A DNA stretch of 64,000 nt, taken from Ginglymostoma cirratum. Lineage: Eukaryota. The position numbers and the translations under genes were made by a program. Where the stretch lies: the NCBI GenBank assembly GCA_024137785.1, contig JAHRHZ010000012.1, positions 42,008,966 through 42,072,965 on the forward strand. The letters are read 5' to 3'. The first letter of the stretch is position 1. Every line of letters starts with the position of its first letter. The notes beneath the pieces were generated by a model. The model saw nothing but the letters and a program-made list of their open reading frames with translations, did no database searches and was not told the origin of the DNA. Shown here piece by piece: positions 12,983-25,219 of the stretch.

Positions 12983-13700
12983 ACAACTGAAATGTGCATT
13001 AATCTTTCAAGCACAGCTTTCGGAATTCCAGGGTTAAGCAGGGAAACAGAAATGATTTTTAAGAGGGTTTGCCAGTGAGTTGGTCTATATGAAAATAAAA
13101 TCAAGCTTATCTTCTATATAGCGATCGCAGGAGGAACAGAAACCTGTGAGAGTCTAAACCCTATGTTGAACATCATCACAAGTGTGCCAGTTATTCAGAA
13201 TTCCACACAGGAACATAATGCGCAGAAGCAGGGCCACACCTTGACTGTAATTAATTACGCTTGTCAGTTTGTGGAACACAGTTTGGTGGAACCAAATGTT
13301 TCAATTGCACTTTGAAAAATAGCTGTCGATGTCATATATTCCTGTGACAAACTTTTAGTTTTTGGATTGTCAGAGACTAAATGTGCAATCCAAGATGTGT
13401 GTTGAGACTGAATATTAGAGTCTGAAACTTTAGACAGTTCTGTGGCTCTTACTCAGATAGTTACTCAGGAAATGAAAGAATGATTAAAATATAGTCTAAT
13501 TCCTGGATAACTACCATAACTAACACATCTATTACACTCACATAGTGCCCCCGACTCACCTTCAACTATCTTTCAAGTCCCCTCCAACTTCACACTATTT
13601 CTTTACCTGACTACTCCACTGCCATTATGTCTTCCAACTATGGTAATCCCTGACCCACCCAGTCAAAACCGGACCGGACCCAACTACACTCACTAGACTT

Positions 13701-13911
13701 ACCCACCCACCAGTCTACAGCCTTTGCAGACCTCATTCACTTACTAGCATCTACGTCTGCCAACCTACCCACCTGCCACTCTGTTCCTTCCCCACTTGTG
13801 TCACCCACTTACCTACTTCCCTCACTCATCATAAACATCCTTCCCAGTCAAAACGGACAAGCAAATTTGAACTGCAAATTCATAGCAGCTAGTGTCTTAG
13901 AAAGGCGGTCT
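13701..13911 (+). repeat. Source copy of a 211-bp local duplication (second copy 14747-14957)
   Basis: Manual alignment shows 14 substitutions and no indels over 211 bp at offset 1046. It explains the paralogous ORFs 13798..14100 and 14844..15068. Confidence 0.95.
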
Positions 13912-14610
13912 CCCCATCCCCAAAACGGCACTGTATTAGAACTCTTCAATGGACACTGTGTGCACATTCTAGGGAACCTGGGCTCAGAAGACCTATCAAG
14001 AAATGCTGAGCAGTGTCCAGACATGGAAATCATTAAGCAGAACAGCAATCTGACAATCTTGGTTCATGGAAGCCACAGGCCACATTTTCCGTCTCCTTAA
14101 AACATCAGTTTTAACTGCTCATGAGCACCTTTGTAAGGCATGCTGGAATATGTTTGTAGAATAATTATAATGTGCTACATGTTTTACAGCATTAGAAGTG
14201 AGGGGACGTTCACATCTTGTCTGAAAAGAAACAACACCTTGACAAATCCTTAAAGATGAGAAATGCAAAATATTTGCAACACAATAGCGATTCTCTCCAT
14301 GACCAAAAAGTGAGAATTCATTTTGTTTTACATTTCCTGGACCAAAACACATTTTTGGTATTACTGAAAAAAGAAATGATTGCAATGTTAGCAATCTTAA
14401 AAATTTAGCTGCGTTTATGTAAGGGCACAGTTGGGTAGTTCAGTCGTGATGTGGAAAAATCACTGCTCTTATGAAAAAATGCAGTTCAAATCATTGCAGA
14501 GCAGTTAGCTGAACATCACTGCTAGGAAACCACTTTATTCATAACTCAACATCAAACTAGTCAATATTGTGAAGTGAAATACTTGAACAACGAATAATGG
14601 ATTTGTTAAA

Positions 14611-15055
14611 GAGATAGTAGGAACTGCAGATGCCTAAGAATCTGAGATAACAAGGTGTAGAGCTGGATGAACACAGCAGGCCAAGCAGCATCAGAGGAGC
14701 AGGAAAGCTGACATTTCGGGTCTATACCCTTCTTCAGAAATCACCCACCCACCCACCAGTCTACATCCTTTGCAGACCTCATTCAATTACTAGCTTCTAC
14801 ATCTGCCAACCTACCCACCTGTCACTCTGTTCCTTCCCCACTTGTGCCACCCACTTACCTACTTCCCTCACCCACCATAAACATCCTACCCAGTCAAAAC
14901 GAACATGCAAATTTGAACAGCAAATTCACAGCAGCTAGTGTCTTAGAAAGGCGGCCTCTTCTTCTGAAGAAGGGTCTAGGCCCAAAATGTCAGCTTTCCT
15001 GCTCCTCTGATGCTGCTTGGCCTGCTGTGTTCGTCCAGCTCTACATCTTGTTATC
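14611..15055 (-). mobile_element. PLE-derived inverted-arm element (family A) enclosing captured local DNA
   Basis: Perfect 14-bp TSD atggatttgttaaa (14597-14610 and 15056-15069). Arms 14646-14740 and 14961-15055 are reverse complements, with an unpaired 35-nt tail at 14611-14645. The interior 14747-14957 is a copy of 13701-13911. Confidence 0.9.
14710..14737 (-). ncRNA. Minimal type-I hammerhead ribozyme-like core
   Basis: Minus strand reads CUGAAGA-A-GGGU-AUAG-ACCC-GAAA-UG-UC: CUGANGA box, 4-bp stem II, GAAA box and GUC triplet. Helix III is essentially absent and no stem-I 5' strand is evident. Activity is untested. Confidence 0.55.
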
Positions 15056-15464
15056 ATGGATTTGTTAAAAGTGGGTGAGGATGACATCATTTTAAGTTTT
15101 TAATGCGTGTTAATTTGGACAGATAAACAAGAGTGATTCATATAATGGGAACTATTTTTGTTTTCAGGTCAGGACAATTTCCAACTTTAAACCTGAAATC
15201 ACATCCCATTAGACACCCAACATAACCTTTGTAACAATGGTTTACTCATACTAAGGGAGTAACATGTGCAACATTTAAGGATGAAACTTTCAATTTTTAA
15301 AAAAGGCCTTAACTGTCAGGTGATCATTATTGAAAAGGACCATTTCCCTCCACTGGGTGCAGTAAGGGGGAGGGCATAGTCTTAAGCAGGATGGAACTCA
15401 ACAAACTTCATGTACCTACTATTCATCACTATTCCAGTACCACCACCTTCACAAATCAAGAATT

Positions 15465-15670
15465 CTCTCCAATGTGTCTCATGAGGCTTGTTAGAAAAAT
15501 TCATATCTCTGGTTTAAGAGCAAATATATTGTCATGGGTACAAAGTTGGCTAACAAATAAGAAGAAAGAAATTGATTAAATAGGTGATACTCAGACGACT
15601 GAAAAAGAATTTGAAATCTGTAATATCCCAAGAGTCAGTGCAAGATTCCCTTATGTTTTCAGTGTATATG
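15465..15670 (+). mobile_element. Old CR1 RT fragment
   Basis: MRLVRKIHISGLRANILSWVQSWLTNKK followed by a decayed PQESV (PQGSV) motif. Confidence 0.7.
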
Positions 15671-16068
15671 TAGATAATTAGGAGGAAATGTATGCAGTGT
15701 TCTCAGGTACATTCTGATTGACTCTTCACTTGGTGAATTAATTGTGTTGTAGTCAATCTTAGAAAGAAAGCTTTGCAGTTGTGCTGGGATACATAAAAAT
15801 AACAAATGCAATACCAGTACTCTTCATTAATATATAACACAATGAAAGCATTAAAAAAATTAGTGCAGAAAATGACAGTCAGACACTTCTTGCAACAGAC
15901 TAGTTAATGTGTTCATGATAACTTAATATCTGCAGTATTTTAACCCATATAGTTAATACAAATGCATGAATTAGTGCAGCAAAAATAAAATTGGAGTCAA
16001 AATAGCCTAGTCCTTCTGATTCAGTCCAATCACAACTTCAATTCCTACTTAACACTAAAAGTTCTCAC

Positions 16069-16211
16069 TTGGCATAGTTTGGGCACAGCTTTAATTTCCT
16101 CTGCAAAAGCCTGGAATAATTAGAGGATGTTTCTTCCTGATGAAGATTCCTTGATCTCAAATTAATTCAGTGCAAGCTTGACCTCTTCTGTGCTCATTGA
16201 GGCAAATGGAT
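16069..16211 (-). other. Candidate non-coding exon (143 nt)
   Basis: Acceptor tttcctttctttttctgttgcag|ATCC and donor CCAA|gtgaga on the minus strand. All three frames contain stops. Confidence 0.25.
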
Positions 16212-17999
16212 CTGCAACAGAAAAAGAAAGGAAATCTGTCTTTGCTACATTAGGTTGTATCTTCTGAAATCCAGGGCAGTTTGACTTAAATCTATGATGT
16301 GCATCAAGATCCTATACTACAATTGCCTAGGAAGCTTAAATTTCAGTGGGCTGAATCACATTGCCTATATGAAAAAGTTTCTAACTCTCAAAAACTTGGA
16401 CCCAGAAACAACTTGTAATGGGAGGGAAAGGGGCAGGTTGTGACTCACATGAGGGAAACCCAAAGTTAGATAGTCTATTTGAATTCTGTGCTGAATTCAA
16501 ACATGCTCATTTTTAATTGTAGTCAGAGTCTAACTTGAGGAGTGCAAGCTACAGATTTTTAGAATAAATGTTAAATATTCCTGATGCATGGGTGAAAACA
16601 AATTGTGAAGTTAGTTGAATCCCAAGTACTTTTAGAAATTAAAAAATAGATTTCCTATAATAGTGTGAAATGAGAAAAATTCTGTTCAAGCAGTTACAAC
16701 AGCAATGTGTTGACATTCCTCCAAGGGCTTTTATTATTATTTTATATTTAATGCTTGGCTTCCTTCCAAAACCTATCATTACCTTAGCAGAGGACACCCA
16801 AGTTCATAGTTTGGTTGACAAATCATTGAGGTTGTTAATGGATTAGCTCGCTTTGTGATATCATGAAGACAAGTTTGTTTGCTTTTGTAAGTGATTAATT
16901 ACCTGATAGGATTTAAAGACTTTGAATTGGTTTTCATGAATGGGTGTTTTCTTTCTAATTTAGTAAAGGTTATAACAGACATTTAGAATTTTATTTTACC
17001 TAAACCTGCGTCTTGAAATCTGCCCCACTGACCCCATTGGGTGAGCTGGCATGGAGCATGTAGGAACAAAAGAAATATAAGGGGCCATGAAAGCATGCAG
17101 GTACTTTAAATTGTCCTGGAGACCATGAGGATACATTTGGGTGGGTGAGGGGCATGGACTGGTATTGCATCTTATATAGCACATGGGGAGAGATGAAGGG
17201 TGCAGGTTAGAGGAACTAATAATTAGCAAAAAGCTGAAATTCCAGAGAGCCATGGTGGGCTATTAATCAACCCACTTTGGTACACAGGCTACCCCTTTGA
17301 TCTGTATCCCAGGATGGCAGGTCTGACTCCATTCAGCACCTTTTCCATGTTGCCCCAGAGTAAAGAGCCTGCCATTCAGGTGATTTACTCCTGATACTGG
17401 TGCAGTAAGTTGAAAAATTTCCCAAATCCTACCCAGCTCAGGAGTGAAAGCAAGACTGTTGGGCTAGATACATGAGACTCTGCCAAGTACATACCCAGCA
17501 AGTCTTATTTTGGTTAATACCTGTATGCCTCTGATATTCACTGGTACGATTGAAACAAACACCACAACCAACGCTGCAATCACTTCCCTGAATCTGGGTA
17601 AACTGTCTTTCATACAACCTCACTCTAACTGAATAGCAACTGTGACCCAATTACACCTGAAACCTGACTTGACTAAACTCTGATGTGAGTCTACCCTGAC
17701 CCTTGCTAACTTTCTAACCTCACCACTGACTCCCTCCACATATCACTAATCCATTCATTCATGTACTTGATCATCCACTCATTTACTCACTGAAAGACTT
17801 AAGGCCTTTAATTGGCAATAAAGGAAACATGTCCACTCTTTGCTCATCTTCTTCAGTATTTACCCAAGTTCACTTTGAAAGGTTCTGCTAATCCAGCTCT
17901 GTTGCATCAGTATCTGCAATCCCAGCTGAGAAGCACAAAAAAGGTTAGGGTGCAGAAATCTAGCTCTCTTTGGCTAAAATAGTACGTCACAGATGCAGG

Positions 18000-18094
18000 A
18001 TAACAAGGTGTGGAGCTGGATGAACACAACAGGCCAAGCAGCATCATAGGAGCAGGAAAGCTTGACGTGTCGGGCCTCGACCCTTCATCAGAAA
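18000..18094 (-). mobile_element. PLE-derived short element (family A), single arm
   Basis: Minus strand tttCTGATGAagggtcgaggcccGACAcGTCaagctttcctgctcc...ccttgttat, homologous to the arms of 14611-15055. The GAAA box is mutated to GACA. Confidence 0.85.
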
Positions 18095-19919
18095 ATGCAG
18101 GGTCTGAATTAATGTCAGGTGGAATTGCCAGCGGAGTGGGCATAGATTAAAGTCAAGAAAGCTGTCCAGAACCCAAAGAACATTTTCTGTGGTATTTTGT
18201 CCCATTTTTAAAGGAGTCTGATAAAAACACTTCTCTGGGGAAAGCCAGACACACGAACTCTCCACCTCCTGAATGGAAGCAGTATTTGAATTTCCAACTG
18301 CATGAGTCTGGCAAATACCCAAGATATGCCACTGTGGCATACACCACAGTCCATACACCAGTCTAATGCCCTTCCATTATTTCCACCTGTTACGTTAGTG
18401 TCAGAGACATGACCCCTGGCTAACTGCAGGGATTTTATGCTTTTTGGGTATTTTGTCCATTTTCTGATTCCACATTTACAATGTCTATTCATTTCATTTT
18501 ACAACGTAATGGTTGTGATTACAATTGTGTACATTGTTCTAAATGTGGTCTCATTATAAACATATTAACAAGTAGAAGAATAGCTGGTTATTAAATCCTC
18601 TTCAACTCTTGGGGCTATATGTTCAAAGTCACACCTCAGCTTTGTCACTTTCTAATACAGCTTTTGACTATAAATGCCTCAATTGTGCAGGAGCCAAGAT
18701 CAGTGCCGAGTTGTTGTGCCAAGCACCTCCAACAGGTGAGAGCTACCTGGTTGGGGCCAGTAACAAATGTAGATGGCAGCTATGTTGAGGCCTGCTACTG
18801 CCTTTCAAAGAAAAGCAGGCACCTCCTAAGATGGTCAGGAGGATAAATGCTTCAGAATAAGGGTGAACAGGGTTTTCCCCATAATGGGAAAACAAAACTA
18901 GAAACTGTTGTCACCAACAGATGCTAGAAGCTTCCTATTCACCTGGAAAACATAGCTACCTTGTATTTAGCCTATTCCCACATTTGAATGATTTAAATGC
19001 ATGTTGCTAAATCTGTAAAACAGAAATAATCTATCAATAGAAGTGGAATCCACCTCTTTAATTATTTTGCATATTACTATGGAGTATCAATATCACTTAA
19101 TTTCACTGTTGTATACCTCAGCATATTTTGTGAATTACTCTTTCACAATTTGACACATTTTAGTATTTGGTCTTGTAGGCATTTCTTCCACTCAGTCTTC
19201 TTTAATGATGCATTTGTGAAGTGTAATCACTTTTCCTATTTTTAGCACCAAAAGAAATGTGCTACAACACATGTTTGTATGCGCAAACTTCACCGTAGAA
19301 TACAAAACTTACAATTAGGAAGACAAATGACGCTATACCTAACAGTTCAAACATTTGAAATGGTTTATGCATTTAGCTCCATCTGGTTTGTAATGTGATT
19401 TCCTGTAGTGGAACTTTTTCTACAAGCGAGACATATTTTAATAATTGTCTTCATAAGCATAATGTATCATTGAATGTCTCTAGAGATTTGCCACAAGGGT
19501 TTGGTAAACCCAAAACAAAACACAATCAGTTTAGTCAAAGTATACTTCCTGAAAAAAAAGCCTTTGCAGCTTTCACTGAATCAAGTAACCACTTACTTTT
19601 AATCATATATTTGTAAAATTATGTCACACTAATTAAGCTACTTTAATGATTGATAATTTAAGTCGCCTTAAATGAACCACCGGTTTCTTCTGAAAACAAT
19701 ATTATCTGACATTTTGTAAGCTTAGAACATTATAAATACAGTTTGGCCATATTTTATGGATGATAATATTGGTTTTCTGACACTTTTATAATGGAAATTA
19801 AATCAACATAAATTTGAACTAATATCCTACCATATTTTACTAGTTACTTGCTTGTGATACAACAGCAAATCATGCACTGGACTGATGCTTTTCTTCTATG
19901 TAGAACAGGCTTAGATCAT

Positions 19920-20235
19920 GGATGGTATGGTGGCTTGGTGGTCAGCACTGTTACCTCACAGTGCCAGGGACCTGGGTTCAATTCCATCCTTAGGTGGCTG
20001 TCTGTGTGGAGTTTTCATGTTCTTCTTGTATCTGAGTGGGTTTCTTCTCCCAGTCCAAAGATGTGCAGGGATTTGCTGTGCTAAGTTGCCTGTTATGTCT
20101 AGGGTTGTGTGGGCCAGGCAAATTAGCCATGGGAAATGCAGTGCAAAAGGCAAGGGTGGTTGAGTTTGGGCTGGATGCTCTTCATAGAGTCTGTACAAAC
20201 TGAATGGCCTGCTTCCACACTGTAGGAATTCTATG
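19920..20235 (+). mobile_element. tRNA-derived V-SINE (HE1-like shark SINE)
   Basis: A box tggcttggtgg (19931), B box gggttcaattcc (19974), V-domain ctgtctgtgtggagttt...gggtttc...cagtccaaagatgtgcagg, and a CR1-like tail ending ctgtaggaattctatg. Confidence 0.88.
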
Positions 20236-22634
20236 TTCACAGTGCTACTTTCTTAGCAATGGTAAAGGTTTTATCAGAAGATATATTGGTTGCCTCAAGC
20301 CTCATTTACACTACAGCAGTAAATCTAAATCTATTCCATATTTACAGTCATTCTGATTTAAAATGTACCACCTAAAGGGAGCAGCTAAACACAAGCAAGC
20401 ATCAGTTCAGATAAAAAAAGACTGCTGTCTGTCTTCTAGGTTGAAATAGTCTAATCTGACTGTTTACTCACTGCTTGCTCCATAGTGCATGTTAGTTTAT
20501 GTGTCACATTTATGAATTCCTGTCTTTGATTCCAGATTAATGTGTTATAAGATCATTTCGGTCTAAATACTGAATTGGTATACTGTGTATCACCTGTTTA
20601 TAAAATACACAAATGTTGTTTTGTCTGTTCCCTGACTGATTGGACATTTGTCTCCAACTACTGTATGCTACACATTACAATTGTACCAGAGGTTTCTTTT
20701 TTTATTTTTTACAGCATTGTTTTTTAATATTCTGTTTTGTTTTCCTCACTTAGTCCAAAGGTCATCACCTGACAAATGTTGCAATCAATGTTCCTAGCCC
20801 TTCGGGACAGGTTGGTCAGAGATGATTTATATCTGAAAAAAATCAGGTTACCTTCTCCATTTCACCTGGTAAAATCAATTTAATTGTTACTTGTGATAAC
20901 CTTCAGTAGTTCTATTGTTTTTATCTGAATTTTACCTGACTTGGACATGGCTTCTCCACATTCTTTTTCTTAGCTTAGCTGTTTCTTGGTCATTTTCAGA
21001 ACATTTACAAATTTGTAAGTTCACATTGTTCAGGCTTATACTTGCCTGGGAATGTAATTTCATTTGAAGGAATTTTTCGAAAGGAACCAAATACAATTTA
21101 ACTGTGATCACAGTTATCAAGTAATTAATTTCTTGGGTAGTATTATACACTGAGGGGGTGTTTCCTCTATAATGGATAAATGTTATGTCATTTACAGTTA
21201 ACAGGCTTAGTACACCTTTTCAAATGACAAACCTTTAATTATTATGAGCCAAGAATTCCGTCACACTCCAGGAGGCCCATTGGAAGTCAGTGGCTCTGCA
21301 ACATGGGGAATAATAAACACTGCTAGTTCTATATCTAGGCCACAGAGGAGGTGTTCAGTGAAGTTCTCAGACCACCAGGTAAGTACAGGATCTCACTGGG
21401 ATCAGGCTAGCTCGACCCAGCATTGGGTTGGACGGATATTTTGGGGAGGGTGAATACAGGGAGGGAAATCTGTGGTGTTTGTGCCTCAAATTGATATCAG
21501 AGCACAGAAAAGAGGCACCCCAAGACCTCCAAGCACTGCACCACCACCACCTAATACCCTAGAACTCTCACTCCTCTAGTCAATAATTTGGAGTCAAAAC
21601 TGCCAGGCTGCATGTTGAGCACTGGCCTCTCCCATTTCCTGTTCAATTACGAACATCAGCAAGATGAGACCCTTAAGTGAGCATTAATTTCCCATTAAAG
21701 AGCTTCATTTGGACAACAGGCACCAAAGAAGCACTACTCATTGGTGGGAGCTCAATGCTTCCTCTCCTGCACACCACCAGATGCCATGACACTCATCTGC
21801 TTTCTCACCCACAAATGACACATAATATCCAACCAATAATGTAGAATTTTATAATACAAAAGAAAGATATTTAGCATTTTAGGTCCAATGCCAGGTTTTT
21901 GAAAAAAACATTCTTTGTGTCCAGTGCATAACTGTTTCATGCAACCTATAAAAATTCAAACACTTGTCCACTTTGCTTTAAAATTAAAATGGATACAGAT
22001 AGCATGTGTGAGAGCACTTCCAGTCACAACAATCCTCTGAATAACAAAACTTGTATTGTTTCTCTGTTATTTCAGAGGTTGAATTTATAACCTCTAGTTA
22101 CTGATTCCCCAACCCCTGGGTAGTTACCCAGGCAAACTTTTAAAAACTTTACTGATCTTGCTGTAGAATTGTATGCATTTTAGTTTCATGAAATTTTAGA
22201 AACATCAGGATTTTTGAAGAACCCAAAACCTGTTCAAATGAATCATCCACTTTTAGGAGTCGGGAACAAACATTCACAGCTCCCATCCATGAGCATGCTT
22301 CTCCTTGCTGTCATCTAAACCCTGCACAAAATAAGTTTTGACTTTCATTTAAATAATGATATTATTACAATGTGTAAAACAACTGCACCTATTTCTGAAA
22401 TTCTGCATCATATCTAGCACCCGATGAAACTAAAGTTGATGCCTATAATTGGATATAATATAAATTGTTATTAGAAATATTGTGCGCCATCTTCCTTCTT
22501 CAAGTTGCTTTTTGACAAGACCTTGGTAAATTCATTAGTTCTTTATGCGGTCTGCAAAATGTGCAAAGAATTTCTTGTATCGATAGGCTTTTAAATCCAT
22601 TGTCAAATTAATTAAAATTAATATTGGAATATTA

Positions 22635-23010
22635 ATGTTTTATTGTTTGCAAATGTTGGAGAAGGATGACCTTCCTACATTTATGTCTATTTACAGAATT
22701 CAGAGACATCTAACATCGCTGTTCAATCTATCCGTAATCTACATCTTTCTAACCTTTTCTCAACTGCTTCTAACAGCAAGGACTCAAACTTTCGAATATA
22801 ACCATCACATCTTATTGCTTTTTCTCAGCAACAAATGCTATCACTATCTTCTTCCTGTCCATCCTGAGAACTTCTTCATTGCGTTTATCTTCTCTCCAAC
22901 TGATCCACTCCATCTTTCTCCAGAATTGTATTCCAAAGCTTCCGGGACCTTAGATGTCCTCTTTCTTCAAGTTCGTCACAAATTGACCTCATATTTTGAC
23001 AGCTGTATTT
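22635..23010 (-). mobile_element. RTE-clade LINE, C-terminal/3' part
   Basis: Minus strand reads (W)xLKKEDI...EAL...FWRKMEWISWREDKRNEEVLRM, the typical RTE C-terminal WTL..E..RLEAFEMW..RRML.ISW....NEEVL signature. Confidence 0.75.
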
Positions 23011-23014
23011 CAAT

Positions 23015-23750
23015 GAAGATCTGTATGACAAGAACGGCAAGCCAACTGAACTAGAGCCAGGAAAAGAGGACACTTCCCAGAATGATTTTGAACCTGGTCT
23101 TTTGGAATGTGAAATATTTAGAGTTATAAAAGAACTGAAGCCAGGAAAATGAGAGAATATGAAAGAATTCCTGCAAAAACTGTTGAAAGGACCCAGAATG
23201 AAGGCAAACAAAGAATTGCTTAACTTTTGAAAGGAGAGAGATAGCAAGGAATCATAATTTAAGAAGCACAATAGTTCCACTGGAGAAGAAGATAGATACT
23301 ACAAAATGTGAAGTGCATCGTATCATAACTTTGATTACAAATACAACAAAGTTAATGTTAAATATTGTAGAAAATAAATTGGAAACCAAAACAAGCTATT
23401 GCATTGGCTGCGATCAATTCAGTTTTTAACAGGATAGTGGACCCAGAGAGGCTATGGCATGTGATGAAGGTGTTAAATGAAATAAGCATAGAAAACCAGC
23501 AAGAAGTATACACCTGTTTTGTGAATTATGGAAAAAGCTTTTGACAGAGTGAACTGGCGAAATCTGTTGAAAGTGCTGGAGGCGATCAGAGCTGACTGGA
23601 GAGATGAAAGAATGATTGTACTTCTGCACCTGGGATAGACTGCTTCAATCAGGACAGTATTTAGTGAAACTGAGACTGAGTGTAATTGGCACAGAGTGAG
23701 ACAAAGGCATGATTGCTCTTCAACATCTATACAGAAACTGTGATGAAAAA
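23015..23750 (+). mobile_element. RTE-clade LINE, RT N-terminal part, inverted relative to 22635-23010
   Basis: TIVPLEKKIDTTKCEVHRIITLITNTTKLMLNIV...DQFSF...PREAM...QQEVYTCFVNY/KAFDRVNWRNLLKVLEAIRADWRDERMI...VRQ...LFNIYTETVM. Confidence 0.85.
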
Positions 23751-23769
23751 AAAGTCATACTAACTAAAG

Positions 23770-24015
23770 AATAAATATTGGCCAGAACACCAGAGATAAT
23801 TACTCATTCCTCTTCAAATCTGTGGTGTATGATCATTTATGTCCTGAGAGAGTAGTTGTGGCCATGGTTTAATGTCTGAGGTGAGACGTGGCAGCTCTAA
23901 CAGCTCTGCCCTCCCTCAGTATTGCACTAAAATTTTAGCCTTGGACTTTGTGCTTGAACTCGCAAACTTTAAAAATTAAAGCCCAGAGCACAACTGACTC
24001 AACAATGGCTGACAC
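23770..24015 (-). mobile_element. DeuSINE (SacSINE1/AmnSINE-like), decayed
   Basis: Minus strand starts gtgtcagcc... and contains the Deu-domain-like gtgcaatactgagggagggcagagctgttagagctgcc...cagacattaaaccatggcc...ggtgttctggccaatattta. Confidence 0.7.
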
Positions 24016-24169
24016 ATTGGAATTTATTTTAGCCCCTAACATTTGTTGAATTACAGTTGTATGAGATTTTAAAATTATAAAGGTTACAAACATAACCACA
24101 ATCCAAATTAACGGGTGGGTGGGGGAGCTGAGACAAGAGGCAGTGGGATGATAATTCAAATGTTGTAAT

Positions 24170-24722
24170 TAATGAATGGACAACCTGACATCTACCCAAG
24201 CATCAGAAATTTCAACCACAAACTCCACCCTGTTAACCCTGCAAATTCTTTTATGCCAATATTTGGAGGTCAGTGCAAAAATTGGGTGAGTTGTCTCACA
24301 GACTAGTCAAACAACAGCCTGATGTTGTCTGTAAAGAATGATTCATGAACAATGATAAAATCCCAGACAACACCATCACTATGTCTAGTTATGTTTTGTC
24401 CCACTAACAGAGGTAGCAGTACAGCGGGGTGCATTGAAGAGGGCATTGCCCTGGGAGTGCTCAACTTTAATTCTGGACTCCATGAAGACTCATGGCATCA
24501 GATCAAACATGGACAAAGAAACCTCCTGCTAATTGCCATGTACGGCCAGCCCACCACCACCCATCCAGCTAGTGAATCAGAATTCCTCCACATTGACAGG
24601 AGAATTTGGAGAGACTGAGTGAATGGGTTAGGATATTGCAAATGTAAAATAATGTGGTAAATTGTCCACCATCTAGAAGGCACAGGATTGTGATAGAATA
24701 CTCTCCATTTGCCTGGATGAGT
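24170..24722 (+). mobile_element. Internally deleted copy of the CR1/Jockey-group LINE (endonuclease 5' part joined to a near-3' piece)
   Basis: Similar to 28465-28700 (HEDSWHQIKHGQRNLLLI vs EHGQGNLLLI). It ends with tgatagaatactctccatttgcctggatgag, which matches 30528-30558. Confidence 0.8.
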
Positions 24723-25020
24723 TAATATTACACTGTGTTATCTCTGACTACAGTATCGGCAGTTCTTGTTATCTCTCCTTGACCAGGGAAACCTTTGTCC
24801 CAGTCTACAATCTACAAAACAATACTGGAAATAAAGGAAGGGAACTTTTATTGACAGATGGACACTGTTGGTTTCCATAATTCGGTTTGCATCATGTACA
24901 TCAGTTGCATTACAATGACTTGCAAGATGTTTGTGTGGCAAAGCTTTCCATTGCAAGTCATATCAAAAAGATGCATACCACAGACAGGTGGTTATACCTG
25001 AGAGGAATAGAACTGCTGTC

Positions 25021-25219
25021 GGATCAAAAAACCAAGAACTACAGGTGCTGAAAATCTGAAACATAAATAGAAATTGTTGGAGAAACTCAGTAGGTCTGGC
25101 AGCAGCTGTGGATCAGCTGATGAAGAAGGTTCACTGGACCTGAGACATTAATTCTGCTTTCTCTCTACAGCTGCTACCAGACCTGTTGAATTTCTCCAGC
25201 AATGTTTCTTTTTTGTTTC
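25021..25219 (-). mobile_element. PLE-derived inverted-arm element, family B
   Basis: 12-bp TSD agaactgctgtc (25009-25020 and 25220-25231). Inverted arms ctgaaaca...ggtctggcagcagctgt / acagctgctaccagacc...tgtttcag, a 35-nt unpaired tail at 25021-25055, and a decayed core gaagaaggttcactggacctgagac. Confidence 0.85.

Noticed and set aside
17993-18101. atgcagg as a TSD of the 18000-18094 element
   Set aside because: It is only 7 bp and partly matches the element's own tail sequence (cagatgc), so it is ambiguous.
19920-19990. tRNA gene
   Set aside because: The A/B boxes belong to a SINE head followed by a V-domain and LINE-like tail; there is no complete cloverleaf.
22034-22078. Hairpin cctctgaataaca...tgttatttcagagg as a miRNA precursor
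   Set aside because: The stem is only ~13 bp, no known mature miRNA is recognised, and it appears to lie in a decayed repeat context.
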